From positions 2,190 to 66,189 of the forward strand of contig JADHYN010000006.1 in assembly GCA_016782425.1 (NCBI GenBank): a stretch of DNA of 64,000 bases, given 5' to 3'. Source of the DNA: Candidatus Omnitrophota bacterium (GTDB taxonomy: Bacteria; Omnitrophota; Gorgyraeia; JABMRN01; RBG-13-46-9). The position numbers were made by a program, and so were the translations under genes. A model generated the notes under the pieces. That model saw only the letters and a program-made list of their open reading frames with translations, was not told the DNA's origin and ran no database searches. Of the stretch, positions 1-9,729 are shown in pieces; positions within the stretch are counted from its first letter, which is position 1; each line of letters begins with the position of its first letter.

Positions 1-641
1 TTATCGATAAGTGCGATGACCTGGTAAGAAACATAAAAGCGGTAAATACAATAACTTCCAAGGATGACAAACTTTTCGGTTATAATACCGACTGCCAGGG
101 GTTTATAGAAACATTGATAGGGAAAAATCCCGGGGATCTCAATTTTAAGTCAGACGGAAAAGACGTATTTGTATTTGGCGCAGGCGGGGCAGCCAAGGCG
201 GTTATATACGGTTTGATAAACTCCGGCGCAAAAAGGATTATAATAGCCGATATCGATGAAGCCCGGGCGGAAAGATTGGCTCAAGCCGTTACCGAGAAGG
301 AAAACGTAAGTTCTGTAATAGCGGTTGTAAAGGACAAGGCCAAATACGAAGAGTTTATATCGAAAGCAGACCTCTTGGTCAACGCAACACCGTGCGGTAT
401 GAAAGAAAGCGACCCGCCACTTTTCGATTATAGATATATTCACGAAAAACTTTATATCTTTGATCTGATTTACACTTCTCTAACGCCCCTTACAAAAGAG
501 GCAACCTCCCGCGGTGCTAAAGCGGTTAACGGTTTAAACATGCTTCTATACCAGGCCGGCGCGGCCTTTAAGATCTGGACAGGCGTTAAGGCCCCGCTTG
601 AGGTCATGAGAGGGGCACTTTTGGAAAATATTAAAAAATGA
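1..641 (+). CDS. aroE: Shikimate 5-dehydrogenase, C-terminal part (5' end cut by window edge; codons in frame 3)
   Basis: The frame is open from the window start. Translation reads ...KAVNTITSKDDKLFGYNTDCQGF... followed by a GAGGAAKAV Rossmann motif. ORF-track 114..641 is the in-frame tail. Confidence 0.85.
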   Translation, partial: IDKCDDLVRNIKAVNTITSKDDKLFGYNTDCQGFIETLIGKNPGDLNFKSDGKDVFVFGAGGAAKAVIYGLINSGAKRIIIADIDEARAERLAQAVTEKENVSSVIAVVKDKAKYEEFISKADLLVNATPCGMKESDPPLFDYRYIHEKLYIFDLIYTSLTPLTKEATSRGAKAVNGLNMLLYQAGAAFKIWTGVKAPLEVMRGALLENIKK

Positions 642-1408
642 GTATCCTTTATCTTTTTATCATAGGCGCTATTGTCGGTAGTTTGATGAACGTGTGTATT
701 TATAGACTGCCGAAGGGCCAGTCTATAGTAACGCCGCGTTCTCATTGCCCTTCATGCGGTCACGCGATAGCGTGGTTCGACAATATTCCAATACTCAGTT
801 TTTTGATATTAAAGGGAAGATGTAGATCCTGCAGAAATAAGATTTCCCCAAGATACGTTGTTGTCGAAGTTCTTTCAGGGGTGGTGAGCGTCTTACTTTT
901 CTTGCGTTTTGGATTGACGGCTAAATTTTTTATTTTATGGTATCTTTCGTGCGCCCTCATCGTGGCGTCGTTTATTGATCTTGAAATTCGCGAGATACCC
1001 GATATTATTACGCTACCCGGCATAGTAATCGGGATGTCGCTGGCAGCTTTGCATCCGCCGCTTATGGGTAGTGCCGGAAATCTTTCGTCTTTTGTAAACT
1101 CTTTTCTCGGGGTTATCGTAGGCGGGGGGAGCATTTACATTCTCGGTTTCATAGGTGAATTTATCTTCAAAAAAGAAGCCATGGGAGGAGGGGACGTTAA
1201 GTTGCTTGCGATGATCGGCGGTTTTATCGGTTGGAAACTCATCCTGCTTACCTTTTTTCTTGCGCCATTTTTTGGTTCTATAGTGGGTATTTTTCTCAAA
1301 ATAAAAGAGGGAAGGGCTATCATTCCGTACGGACCGCATCTGTCATTGGCAGCATTTGTAGCTATATTTTACGGAAATGCAATCCTAAAAAAATTATTTT
1401 TATTATAA
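638..1408 (+). CDS. pilD: Prepilin (type IV leader) peptidase, A24 family
   Basis: N-terminal CPSCGH...GRCRSCR zinc-knuckle, multiple TM segments, GGGDVKL aspartyl-protease motif. ATGA overlap with aroE. Confidence 0.85.
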   Translation: MSILYLFIIGAIVGSLMNVCIYRLPKGQSIVTPRSHCPSCGHAIAWFDNIPILSFLILKGRCRSCRNKISPRYVVVEVLSGVVSVLLFLRFGLTAKFFILWYLSCALIVASFIDLEIREIPDIITLPGIVIGMSLAALHPPLMGSAGNLSSFVNSFLGVIVGGGSIYILGFIGEFIFKKEAMGGGDVKLLAMIGGFIGWKLILLTFFLAPFFGSIVGIFLKIKEGRAIIPYGPHLSLAAFVAIFYGNAILKKLFLL

Positions 1409-1413
1409 ATAAA

Positions 1414-1445
1414 GACACAACTTATGGAGGCCGAAAGCCGACATA
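1414..1445 (+). repeat. Post-stop element, copy 1 (GACACAACTTATGGAGGC-CGAAA-GCCGACATA)
   Basis: It shares an 18-nt identical core plus GCCGACATA with 35789..35832. It starts 5 nt after the pilD stop. Confidence 0.7.
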
Positions 1446-1472
1446 CAAAGAAAAAATTCAAAAGACGATGTC

Positions 1473-1493
1473 CTTGACATTTATGATGTCAAG
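1473..1493. promoter_or_regulatory. Palindrome CTTGACAT-N5-ATGTCAAG, 27 nt upstream of the aroC ATG
   Basis: Perfect 8-bp inverted repeat containing TTGACA on both strands. A related palindrome lies at 49616..49640. Confidence 0.5.
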
Positions 1494-1520
1494 AACAGTG
1501 CTCATTGAAGGAGGAGAAAC

Positions 1521-2648
1521 ATGAATATACGATACCTGACCGCGGGCGAGTCGCATGGAAAGGCGCTTATCTCGATTATAGAAGGAATCCCGAAAGGTCT
1601 CAAGCTCGATGTTAAATTTATAAACCAGGAACTTGCCAGGCGGATGAAGGGTTTTGGACGCGGCAAGAGAATGCGGATAGAAAAAGACAAGGTCGAAATT
1701 CTATCCGGCACAAGAAAAGGTAAAACCATAGGAAGCCCCATAGCCCTTGTCATTCAAAACAAGGATTTTAAGATAGAAAAGCTGCCTTCGATCAGCTGCC
1801 CGCGACCCGGACACGCTGATTTGGCCGGCGTCCTTAAGTTTGAAGAAAAAGACATAAGAAACATCCTGGAAAGGGCAAGTGCCCGCGAGACAGCCTCCAG
1901 AGTAGCAACAGGCGCCATTGTCAAGCTTCTGTTAAGAGAGTTCGGCATAGATTTCATGAGCCATTCTGTCATGATAGGAGGCGTCGCCTCGGAAAAAAGT
2001 TTTTCATCCAGCAAAATGAAAAGCCTGGCGGAGAAGTCTCCCGTAAGATGTATCGATAAAGACGCATCGCGGCTTATGTGTAACGAGATAAGAAAAGCAG
2101 CCAAAGACGGCGATACGTTAGGCGGCATCTTTGAGGTTATCATTAAAGGCACCCCACCCGGCCTAGGTAGCTACACGCAATGGGACAGGAGACTTGACGG
2201 CAATCTCGCGAGGGCCGTCATGTCAATTCCGGGTATCAAAGGCGTAGAGATAGGTGCCGGGTTTGGAATGGCGTTTGAACGCGGTTCGACGGTTCATGAT
2301 GAAATCTTTTTCAGCAAGAAAACGAAGAAATTTTCCCACAGGAGCAATAATGCAGGGGGGTTAGAAGGCGGCATCACAAACGGAGAAAACATAATGATAC
2401 GCGCCGTCATGAAACCGATAGCTACGCTTAAGAATCCCCTGGATTCCGTCGACATAAGAACCGGGAAAAAGAAAAAAGCGCAGGTGGAAAGGGCCGATGT
2501 ATGCGTCGTGCCCTCTTGCGGCGTTATCTCCGAAGGCGTCTCTGCCATAGAGGTAGCACACGCCATGAACGAGAAATTCGGCGGCGATTCTCTCAGTGAA
2601 ATGAAGCGTAATTACGAGGGATACATTAAACAAGTGGGAAAAATATAA
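1521..2648 (+). CDS. aroC: Chorismate synthase
   Basis: MNIRYLTAGESHGKALISIIEGIPKG N-terminus and full-length family similarity. GAAGGAGGA RBS upstream. Confidence 0.95.
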   Translation: MNIRYLTAGESHGKALISIIEGIPKGLKLDVKFINQELARRMKGFGRGKRMRIEKDKVEILSGTRKGKTIGSPIALVIQNKDFKIEKLPSISCPRPGHADLAGVLKFEEKDIRNILERASARETASRVATGAIVKLLLREFGIDFMSHSVMIGGVASEKSFSSSKMKSLAEKSPVRCIDKDASRLMCNEIRKAAKDGDTLGGIFEVIIKGTPPGLGSYTQWDRRLDGNLARAVMSIPGIKGVEIGAGFGMAFERGSTVHDEIFFSKKTKKFSHRSNNAGGLEGGITNGENIMIRAVMKPIATLKNPLDSVDIRTGKKKKAQVERADVCVVPSCGVISEGVSAIEVAHAMNEKFGGDSLSEMKRNYEGYIKQVGKI

Positions 2649-2669
2649 AAGTAATACACGAAACAAGTA

Positions 2670-3182
2670 ATGAAGAACATCGTATTAGTAGGCTTCATGG
2701 GGACCGGTAAAACGGTAGTTGCCAAAACACTTGCAAAGCGGCTGGGCATGAAGTACGTGAGCACGGATGATCTCATTGAAGAACGAGAAAAGGTTTCCAT
2801 ACCGGATATATTCTCCAAAAAGGGAGAGAAATATTTTAGAGAAGTGGAAAAGAACGTTATAAAAGACGTCTCGCTCATGGAAAATATGGTGATCGATGCT
2901 GGCGGGGGTGTTGTCATAAACGCCGAGAATGTAAAAAATCTTAATAAAAAAGGTGTTATTATATGCCTCTGGGCAGAGCCGGAGGTAATCCTCCAGAGAA
3001 CAAAGCATCATACCAAGACGAAGAGGCCACTGCTTAATGTTCGTGAGCCCCTGGGCAAGATAGAGGAATTGCTTGCGTTTAGAAAATCGTTTTACGAAAG
3101 AGCGGATTACCACATACGTACCTCCGGAATGTCCGTGGATAAAGTCGCGGATGAAGTAGAAGGGATCATAAAGAATGCGTAA
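2670..3182 (+). CDS. aroK: Shikimate kinase
   Basis: GFMGTGKT P-loop, about 170 aa, aro-gene context. Confidence 0.9.
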   Translation: MKNIVLVGFMGTGKTVVAKTLAKRLGMKYVSTDDLIEEREKVSIPDIFSKKGEKYFREVEKNVIKDVSLMENMVIDAGGGVVINAENVKNLNKKGVIICLWAEPEVILQRTKHHTKTKRPLLNVREPLGKIEELLAFRKSFYERADYHIRTSGMSVDKVADEVEGIIKNA

Positions 3183-4206
3183 GAGTATTAGCAAAGAAAT
3201 TGCCCTGGTGCTCGAAGGCTACAAGCACATATCGGAGATGGCAGGAAGTGCGATGTTTATCCACGACACTGACGGCTGGATTTTCGACCTAAATAAAAAC
3301 GCCGAACATCTTACCGGTTATACCAGAGGTGAACTTTTAAGGATGAACGTGCGCGATTTGCACACGTCTATAGAAAAAAAGGTGTCTAATAAAAAATTAG
3401 CCGTTATCAGCAGGGCAAAAAAACAGGTCGCTTTTGAATCCAAATTCAAAAGAAAAAACGGCAGGGTAATAGATGTAAGAATAAAAGCCGACAAGTTTAA
3501 GTTTAAAAAAGATTTTTTTATTATCGGTATCGTAAAAGATATAACAGCGTATAAAAAATTTGGAAAGAAAAGAAGAAAAAAAAGGGATATGCCGAAACAC
3601 CTGAACGATAAATTCTCTAAATTGCTGAAACACCTCGGTGCAAAATACATAGAGTATGCCCATGTCCTCGTGGACGTTGCGGAGTCGAGAGATCCCTATA
3701 CAGTAAGTCATTCCATAAAGGTAACGAACTATGCCGTAGCGCTGGCCCGATATATCGGGCTCTCCAAAGAAGCCATAGAAGTTTTAAAAATAAGCGCCAT
3801 ATTGCATGATATAGGCAAGATAGGCGTAAAACCGTCTATATTGATGAAACCATCTTCCTTAAACGAAGAGGAATATAAAGAAGTAAGGAGGCACCCGATC
3901 CTTAGTGCGGAAATCATAAAACCTATTAAGCTGATGGATGAATTGGTGCCGATAATAAAACACCACCACGAAAATTATAACGGCACGGGCTACCCCGATG
4001 GTTTAAAAGGTGAGGAGATCCCTTTGGGTGCACGTATTCTCGCCATAGCCGATGTCTACGATGCGCTTACAACTGATAGGGCATATCGGAAGGCTTATCC
4101 CTTCGGAAAAGCTACGAAGATCATGACCGAAGCCAGCGGAAAAAAATTTGATCCGGTACTTCTAAAAGCCTTTATGGCCTGTTTGCGCCCCAAAAAAATA
4201 AGGTAA
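3175..4206 (+). CDS. PAS-domain HD-GYP family phosphohydrolase (probable c-di-GMP phosphodiesterase-type signalling protein)
   Basis: N-terminal PAS-like segment. C-terminal HDIGK ... HHHENYNGTGYPDGLKGEEIPLGARILAIADVYDALTTDRAYR. Confidence 0.8.
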   Translation: MRKSISKEIALVLEGYKHISEMAGSAMFIHDTDGWIFDLNKNAEHLTGYTRGELLRMNVRDLHTSIEKKVSNKKLAVISRAKKQVAFESKFKRKNGRVIDVRIKADKFKFKKDFFIIGIVKDITAYKKFGKKRRKKRDMPKHLNDKFSKLLKHLGAKYIEYAHVLVDVAESRDPYTVSHSIKVTNYAVALARYIGLSKEAIEVLKISAILHDIGKIGVKPSILMKPSSLNEEEYKEVRRHPILSAEIIKPIKLMDELVPIIKHHHENYNGTGYPDGLKGEEIPLGARILAIADVYDALTTDRAYRKAYPFGKATKIMTEASGKKFDPVLLKAFMACLRPKKIR

Positions 4207-4209
4207 GAA

Positions 4210-5070
4210 ATGGAAATAAAAAAGATAGACATAAATAATACTGAATATCCCGAAAACCTTAAGAATATATTTAATCCCCCCAGAAAGTTGTACGTTAACG
4301 GAAATATTCTTCCGCAGGATAAGGAAGCAATAGCGATAGTCGGCACAAGACGGGCTACATATTATGGGTTGGAGCAATGCGAAAGACTTGCTTACGACTT
4401 GGCGATAAAAGGGATAACGGTTATTAGCGGCATGGCGCGCGGGATTGATACTGCCGCACACAGGGGGGCGCTTAAAGGAGGCGCGAGGACAATAGCTGTT
4501 CTCGGAAGCGGTCACAACCACATTTATCCACCGGAAAACAAAAAACTATATGACAAAATTACCGAAAACGGGGCCGTTATATCGGAATTTCCTCCGGATA
4601 CACCCCCTTTTAAAACAAACTTTCCCAAAAGAAACAGGATTATAAGCGGGATGTCAAAAGGTGTTGTCGTGGTTGAGGCTCCGAGGCGAAGCGGCGCCTT
4701 GATAACAGCGGATTTTGCCCTTGAACAGGGCAGGGAAGTATTTGCGATGCCAGGCAACATAAGTTCCACAAGAAGTAACGGTACAAACCGCCTTATAAAG
4801 GAAGGGGCAAAACTCGTAGAGAATTTCCAGGACATTCTCGATGAACTCAGTTACGTAATTAATATTAAAGATGTAACCAGCGATGAAATTTCGCCCATGG
4901 CGTCTTATGAGAAGATAATATTTGAGATTTTAAGCGACAAGCCAAAAAGAATCGATGAAATTTATGAAAAAACAGATCTCCCGACAGGCAAGGTCTCGGA
5001 AGCGTTACTTAAACTGGAACTTAAAAAGTTAATCAGGATGTTACCCGGAGAAAATTTTGTGAGGTTATAA
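4210..5070 (+). CDS. dprA: DNA-processing protein DprA (Smf)
   Basis: IVGTRRATYYG ... SGMARGIDTAAHRGAL Rossmann-like core plus C-terminal winged-helix tail. Confidence 0.9.
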   Translation: MEIKKIDINNTEYPENLKNIFNPPRKLYVNGNILPQDKEAIAIVGTRRATYYGLEQCERLAYDLAIKGITVISGMARGIDTAAHRGALKGGARTIAVLGSGHNHIYPPENKKLYDKITENGAVISEFPPDTPPFKTNFPKRNRIISGMSKGVVVVEAPRRSGALITADFALEQGREVFAMPGNISSTRSNGTNRLIKEGAKLVENFQDILDELSYVINIKDVTSDEISPMASYEKIIFEILSDKPKRIDEIYEKTDLPTGKVSEALLKLELKKLIRMLPGENFVRL

Positions 5071-5072
5071 AA

Positions 5073-7088
5073 ATGCCAAAAGCAGCTGTCATAGTAGAAT
5101 CGCCGGCCAAGTCAAAAACGATCAACAAAATTTTAGGGTCCAATTATATCGTGCTTTCCAGCATGGGCCATATCGTGGACCTTCCGAAGAATAAAATGGG
5201 CATTGACGTGAAAAATGATTTTGAGCCGGAATATATCGTAATACCGGAAAGAAGAAAATACATGGCAAAATTAAAGAAAGAAATAAAAAAGATAAATGAA
5301 ATTTACCTTGCCGCTGATCCGGACAGGGAAGGTGAGGCCATAAGCTGGCATCTTAAAAACCAGCTGGGCAAGGGGAGAAAGGTATACAGGGTCACGTTCG
5401 ACGAAATTACGGCCTCGGCTATAAAAAAGGCCTTTCTAAACCCACACTCGATCGACATGAAGCTTGTCAGTGCCCAGCAGACCCGCCGCATTCTCGATAG
5501 GATTGTCGGCTACAGCATAAGCCCGATTCTCTGGAGAAAAGTTACAAGGGGACTATCGGCCGGTCGCGTACAATCCGTAGCCGTGAGGCTTGTAGTCGAA
5601 AGAGAAGCGGAAATCAGAAAGTTTATACCCAAAGAATACTGGGAGATAGAAGCCCGCCTCCGGAAAAAAGAGGATGAACGCCGGTTGTTTACGGCCAAAT
5701 TAGATAAAATTAACAAAAAATCCTTTCACATCAAGAATGAAAAAGAAGGAAGAGATATCCTAAAGGAGATAAAGAGAAACGAATTTATCGTATCGAATAT
5801 AAAAGAACAGAAAAAAAGGAAATCGCCCCAGGCACCGTTCACCACTTCAAAATTACAGCAAGATGCTTTTTACAAATTGGGATTTTCCGTTCACAAGACC
5901 ATGAAAATTGCTCAACAGTTGTATGAAGGCGTGGAATTAAAAGGTAAAGAAAGCATCGGGCTTATTACATATATGCGAACCGATTCCGTAAGGGTTTCAG
6001 AGGATGCCCAAGTAGCAGCAAAGAAGTATATACTCACCGCCTACGGAGAAAAATATTATCCCCATAAGCCGAATATCTATAAGTCAAAAAAGAGTGCGCA
6101 GGAGGCCCACGAATGCATAAGGCCGAGCGGACCTTCGAGAGAACCACACAGCATAAAAAGTTTCTTAACACCGGATCAATTTAAGCTATACGAACTTATC
6201 TGGAAGAAATTTATATCAAGCCAGATGGTTCAAGCGATTTATTCGGTAACGAGCGTCGAAATAGAAGCAGGTAAGTATCTTTTTAAGGCGTCCGGTACGA
6301 AAGTTGTTTTCGACGGTTTTACAAAACTGTATCCGCCCACTGACGTCACAAAAGAAGACGAAAGACGAAAAGTGCTCTGGAAGATTCCTGTACTCGTCGT
6401 CGGCGAGCACTTGGATCTTGTAAAACTTACTCCGTCCCAGCACTTTACAAAGCCACCACCCCGCTATTCGGATGCCTCGTTGGTAAAGGCACTGGAGGAA
6501 AAAGGAATAGGAAGACCGTCCACTTACGCCCCGATTATTTTTACGATTATCAGACGCAATTACGTCAAGCGCATAAGGGGATATCTATCTCCCACGGAAC
6601 TGGGAGAGATTGTCAATACCCTTTTGGTAAAACATTTTCCGAAGATAATGGATGTCAATTTTACGGCGAAGATGGAAGACGAACTTGACGGCATTGAAGA
6701 AGGAAGGGTTGACTGGCTTGATGTTCTCGAAAGTTTTTACAGCCCGTTTATGCATAATGTGGATGAAGCGAAAAAACGCATGAAGAGCATAAAAAAGGAA
6801 GGCGTAAAAACGGATGAAATTTGCGACCTGTGCGGAAAACCCATGATTATTAAATGGGGAAGACGTGGCAAGTTTTTAAGCTGTTCGACTTTTCCAAAAT
6901 GCAAATTCGCCAAATCAATCACTACAGGCGTGAAATGCCCCAGCCCCGACTGCGACGGCGAGCTCATAGAAAGACGCTCAAAAAGAGGCACCTTCTACGG
7001 CTGCACGAAATACCCGGCGTGCAAGTATACATCCAGGTCATTACCGAAACAGGGAGAGGATAAAACCGAAGAAAAAACACACCACTAA
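5073..7088 (+). CDS. topA: DNA topoisomerase I
   Basis: Toprim N-terminus IVESPAKSKTI, the YMRTDS active-site Tyr region, and C-terminal CxxC...CxxC zinc ribbons. Confidence 0.95.
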   Translation: MPKAAVIVESPAKSKTINKILGSNYIVLSSMGHIVDLPKNKMGIDVKNDFEPEYIVIPERRKYMAKLKKEIKKINEIYLAADPDREGEAISWHLKNQLGKGRKVYRVTFDEITASAIKKAFLNPHSIDMKLVSAQQTRRILDRIVGYSISPILWRKVTRGLSAGRVQSVAVRLVVEREAEIRKFIPKEYWEIEARLRKKEDERRLFTAKLDKINKKSFHIKNEKEGRDILKEIKRNEFIVSNIKEQKKRKSPQAPFTTSKLQQDAFYKLGFSVHKTMKIAQQLYEGVELKGKESIGLITYMRTDSVRVSEDAQVAAKKYILTAYGEKYYPHKPNIYKSKKSAQEAHECIRPSGPSREPHSIKSFLTPDQFKLYELIWKKFISSQMVQAIYSVTSVEIEAGKYLFKASGTKVVFDGFTKLYPPTDVTKEDERRKVLWKIPVLVVGEHLDLVKLTPSQHFTKPPPRYSDASLVKALEEKGIGRPSTYAPIIFTIIRRNYVKRIRGYLSPTELGEIVNTLLVKHFPKIMDVNFTAKMEDELDGIEEGRVDWLDVLESFYSPFMHNVDEAKKRMKSIKKEGVKTDEICDLCGKPMIIKWGRRGKFLSCSTFPKCKFAKSITTGVKCPSPDCDGELIERRSKRGTFYGCTKYPACKYTSRSLPKQGEDKTEEKTHH

Positions 7089-7089
7089 C

Positions 7090-7962
7090 ATGGAACGCTA
7101 CATAGAAAAATTTAAAAACTACCTGGTAGTCGAAAAGAATTATTCTACGCATACGGTAAAGAATTACCTGGCGGATCTGGCCGAGTTTTCGTCTTTTTTA
7201 TCCGGTAAAGATATAAAAGAGGTTGATTATCTCGCCATAAGGAAGTTTCTTGCTTATTTCAGGACAAAGGGAATATCAAAGCGCTCGGTTGCAAGGAAAC
7301 TTTCAACTCTAAGGACGTTTTTCAGATTTCTTTGCCGGGACGGCTATACAAAAAATAACCCAATTGCAAACATATCAACCCCCAAATTAGATAAGCGCCT
7401 ACCCATTTTTCTCGACGAGAAGCGCATCTTGCAGCTTATAACGGCGCCGGATAAAAAAACTTTTCAGAGCGCGCGTGACCGGGCCATACTCGAGACGTTA
7501 TATAGCACGGGCATAAGGGTAAGTGAGCTTGTGGGGATCGATATTGACGATATAGATTTCATAAGCGGGGTAGTCAAGGTATTGGGAAAAGGCAGGAAAG
7601 AAAGGCTTGCGCCGATAGGCGATAAAGCGGTAAATATTATACGTGAATACATGGATTACAGAAACAGAAAAAAGAGGACCGATAAAAAAGCCCTTTTCTT
7701 AAATAAATCCGGCAGCCGCATCACCCAGAGGGGCGTAAGGCGCACCGTCGAGAGGTACATAAAAGTTTTGAGCATCAAAGAACACATTTCGCCGCATACA
7801 TTCCGTCACTCTTTTGCAACGCACCTTTTAAACAGGGGCGCTGATCTTCGAAGCGTTCAGGAACTCCTGGGCCACAAGAATCTTTCGACAACACAGATTT
7901 ACACGCACGTAACAATAGACCACCTAAAATCGGTTTATGACAAAGCACATCCGAGGGCATAA
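7090..7962 (+). CDS. xerC: Tyrosine site-specific recombinase XerC/XerD family
   Basis: HTFRHSFATHLL and LGHKNLSTTQIYTHV catalytic motifs. Conserved dprA-topA-xer neighbourhood. The C versus D assignment is uncertain. Confidence 0.8.
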   Translation: MERYIEKFKNYLVVEKNYSTHTVKNYLADLAEFSSFLSGKDIKEVDYLAIRKFLAYFRTKGISKRSVARKLSTLRTFFRFLCRDGYTKNNPIANISTPKLDKRLPIFLDEKRILQLITAPDKKTFQSARDRAILETLYSTGIRVSELVGIDIDDIDFISGVVKVLGKGRKERLAPIGDKAVNIIREYMDYRNRKKRTDKKALFLNKSGSRITQRGVRRTVERYIKVLSIKEHISPHTFRHSFATHLLNRGADLRSVQELLGHKNLSTTQIYTHVTIDHLKSVYDKAHPRA

Positions 7963-7971
7963 AAGCAAAAA

Positions 7972-9246
7972 ATGACGATTTACGATGTATTCTTTCTTGT
8001 TTTTTCGATAATATATCTGCCCTACCTTGCCATAAAAGGCAAGGCGCACAGGGATTTCCGAGAGAGATTCGGGAAATTGCCCTCTCTTTTTAAAGAAATA
8101 AGTTCCAGAAGACCGATATGGGTACATGCTGTTAGCGTTGGCGAGGTGCTTGCCGCGAAAAATTTTGTAGAGATGCTATCCACAAAGTTTCCCGATCGAA
8201 AGATCGTTCTTTCGACGACCACAAAAACAGGAAACACGGTGGCAAGGAAGATATTAAAAGGAGATATTTTAAAATTTTATTTTCCCCTCGATTTTAGTTT
8301 TGTCGTAAAACGAGTAGTAAACACCATTAATCCGTCTATTCTGATTATAATGGAAACAGAGGTATGGCCCAATCTTATTCTGGAGCTGTCAAGGAGGAAA
8401 ATACCCATAATGCTCATAAATGGCCGCATTTCAGACAGATCGTTTAAAGGATACAGGAAAATAACATTTTTCTTTAATAAAATTATTAAAAAAATGAGCT
8501 GCTTCTGCATGCAGACCAAGATAGACGCCGAGCGAATAAAAACGTTGGGTGCCCCGGAAACAAGCGTCAGGGTAACCGGAAACATGAAGTTTGATGTAGA
8601 AGCCTCAAAGGATAGCGGTCGTCGCCACGAGGTAAACAAATCGGACCTGGGAATCACAGAGTCCGACGAACTTATTATAGCCGGTAGCACGCACGGCGGT
8701 GAAGAAGAAATCGTGTTAGAGACGTACAATAAGCTCACGAGAAAATTCACAAACCTCAGAATTCTTATAGCACCCCGCCACATAGACCGGGTAGGCACAA
8801 TAAAAAGACTGGTTGAACAAAAGGGTTTCGAGGGGGTATTGCTATCGCGGTTCAGGAAAGGGCCGAAAAAATCAGTTTCGAAAAAAGCCGTTCTTATTTT
8901 GGATACACTCGGGGAGCTCAGCCAGCTTTACAGCCTGGCAACAATCGTTTTCATGGGCGGAAGCCTCGTAAAAAGGGGCGGGCATAATATAGTGGAGCCT
9001 GCAATGTTCGGAACGCCCATCGTATTCGGGCCTTACATGCACAATTTTAGAGACATGGCAAGATTGTTTCTGGAGCGCGAGGCTGCGATGAAAGTTAAGG
9101 ATAGAGATGAATTATTGGAGACTCTGGAGACATTGCTTCGAGATGAGAACAAACGAAACGTCCTCGGACGCAATGCGAAGGAACTGATAAATAAATCAAA
9201 GGGCGCTACCTCGAGAAACTTGCGCGAGGTAACCGAGCTTATTTAG
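7972..9246 (+). CDS. waaA: 3-deoxy-D-manno-octulosonic acid (Kdo) transferase
   Basis: WVHAVSVGEVLAA motif, about 424 aa, LPS-gene context. Confidence 0.9.
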   Translation: MTIYDVFFLVFSIIYLPYLAIKGKAHRDFRERFGKLPSLFKEISSRRPIWVHAVSVGEVLAAKNFVEMLSTKFPDRKIVLSTTTKTGNTVARKILKGDILKFYFPLDFSFVVKRVVNTINPSILIIMETEVWPNLILELSRRKIPIMLINGRISDRSFKGYRKITFFFNKIIKKMSCFCMQTKIDAERIKTLGAPETSVRVTGNMKFDVEASKDSGRRHEVNKSDLGITESDELIIAGSTHGGEEEIVLETYNKLTRKFTNLRILIAPRHIDRVGTIKRLVEQKGFEGVLLSRFRKGPKKSVSKKAVLILDTLGELSQLYSLATIVFMGGSLVKRGGHNIVEPAMFGTPIVFGPYMHNFRDMARLFLEREAAMKVKDRDELLETLETLLRDENKRNVLGRNAKELINKSKGATSRNLREVTELI

Positions 9247-9261
9247 GGGGTTGTTGAGAAG

Positions 9262-9729
9262 ATGAAAGTCAAAGACGTAATGACAAAAAATGTTGTAAAA
9301 GTCAAGCTCTCGACAGGGATCCGCCAAATTTACAATATCTTCTGCGAGAAACACATAGGCGGAGTACCCGTTGTAGACGGCGAAGACAGACTCATTGGCA
9401 TGGTCACGAAAACAGAACTTTTGGATGTTTTGATTCCTGATTACTTCGGCATGTTAAGCGACTTCCTTTTTATAGACGACTTCGGAGCCCTGGAGGAAAA
9501 ACTCGAATCCATACCCCCGCTTGAACTTTTTATAGCGGAGGATCTCATGATAAGAAACGCCATCTCGATAAATGAAGACGCCTCACTTATGAAAGCACCG
9601 GTTCTCATGAGCAATCATAATGTAAGAAGGTTGCCTGTCGTGACGAAAGATAATAAGCTTATAGGTATTATCACGCGAATGGACGTCTGCAACGCGCTTT
9701 TCAACGGAAGGAGGGCTCCGCACTTATGA
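9262..9729 (+). CDS. CBS-domain pair protein
   Basis: Two CBS repeats (VMTKNVVKV..., MIRNAISINED...RRLPVV). ATGA overlap with the downstream permease. Confidence 0.8.
   Translation: MKVKDVMTKNVVKVKLSTGIRQIYNIFCEKHIGGVPVVDGEDRLIGMVTKTELLDVLIPDYFGMLSDFLFIDDFGALEEKLESIPPLELFIAEDLMIRNAISINEDASLMKAPVLMSNHNVRRLPVVTKDNKLIGIITRMDVCNALFNGRRAPHL

Noticed and set aside
7090-7962. The tyrosine recombinase as a marker of an integrated mobile element or prophage boundary.
   Set aside because: It has full XerC/XerD architecture and sits in the conserved dprA-topA-xer housekeeping neighbourhood. No flanking phage or IS genes, att-like direct repeats or tRNA are seen.
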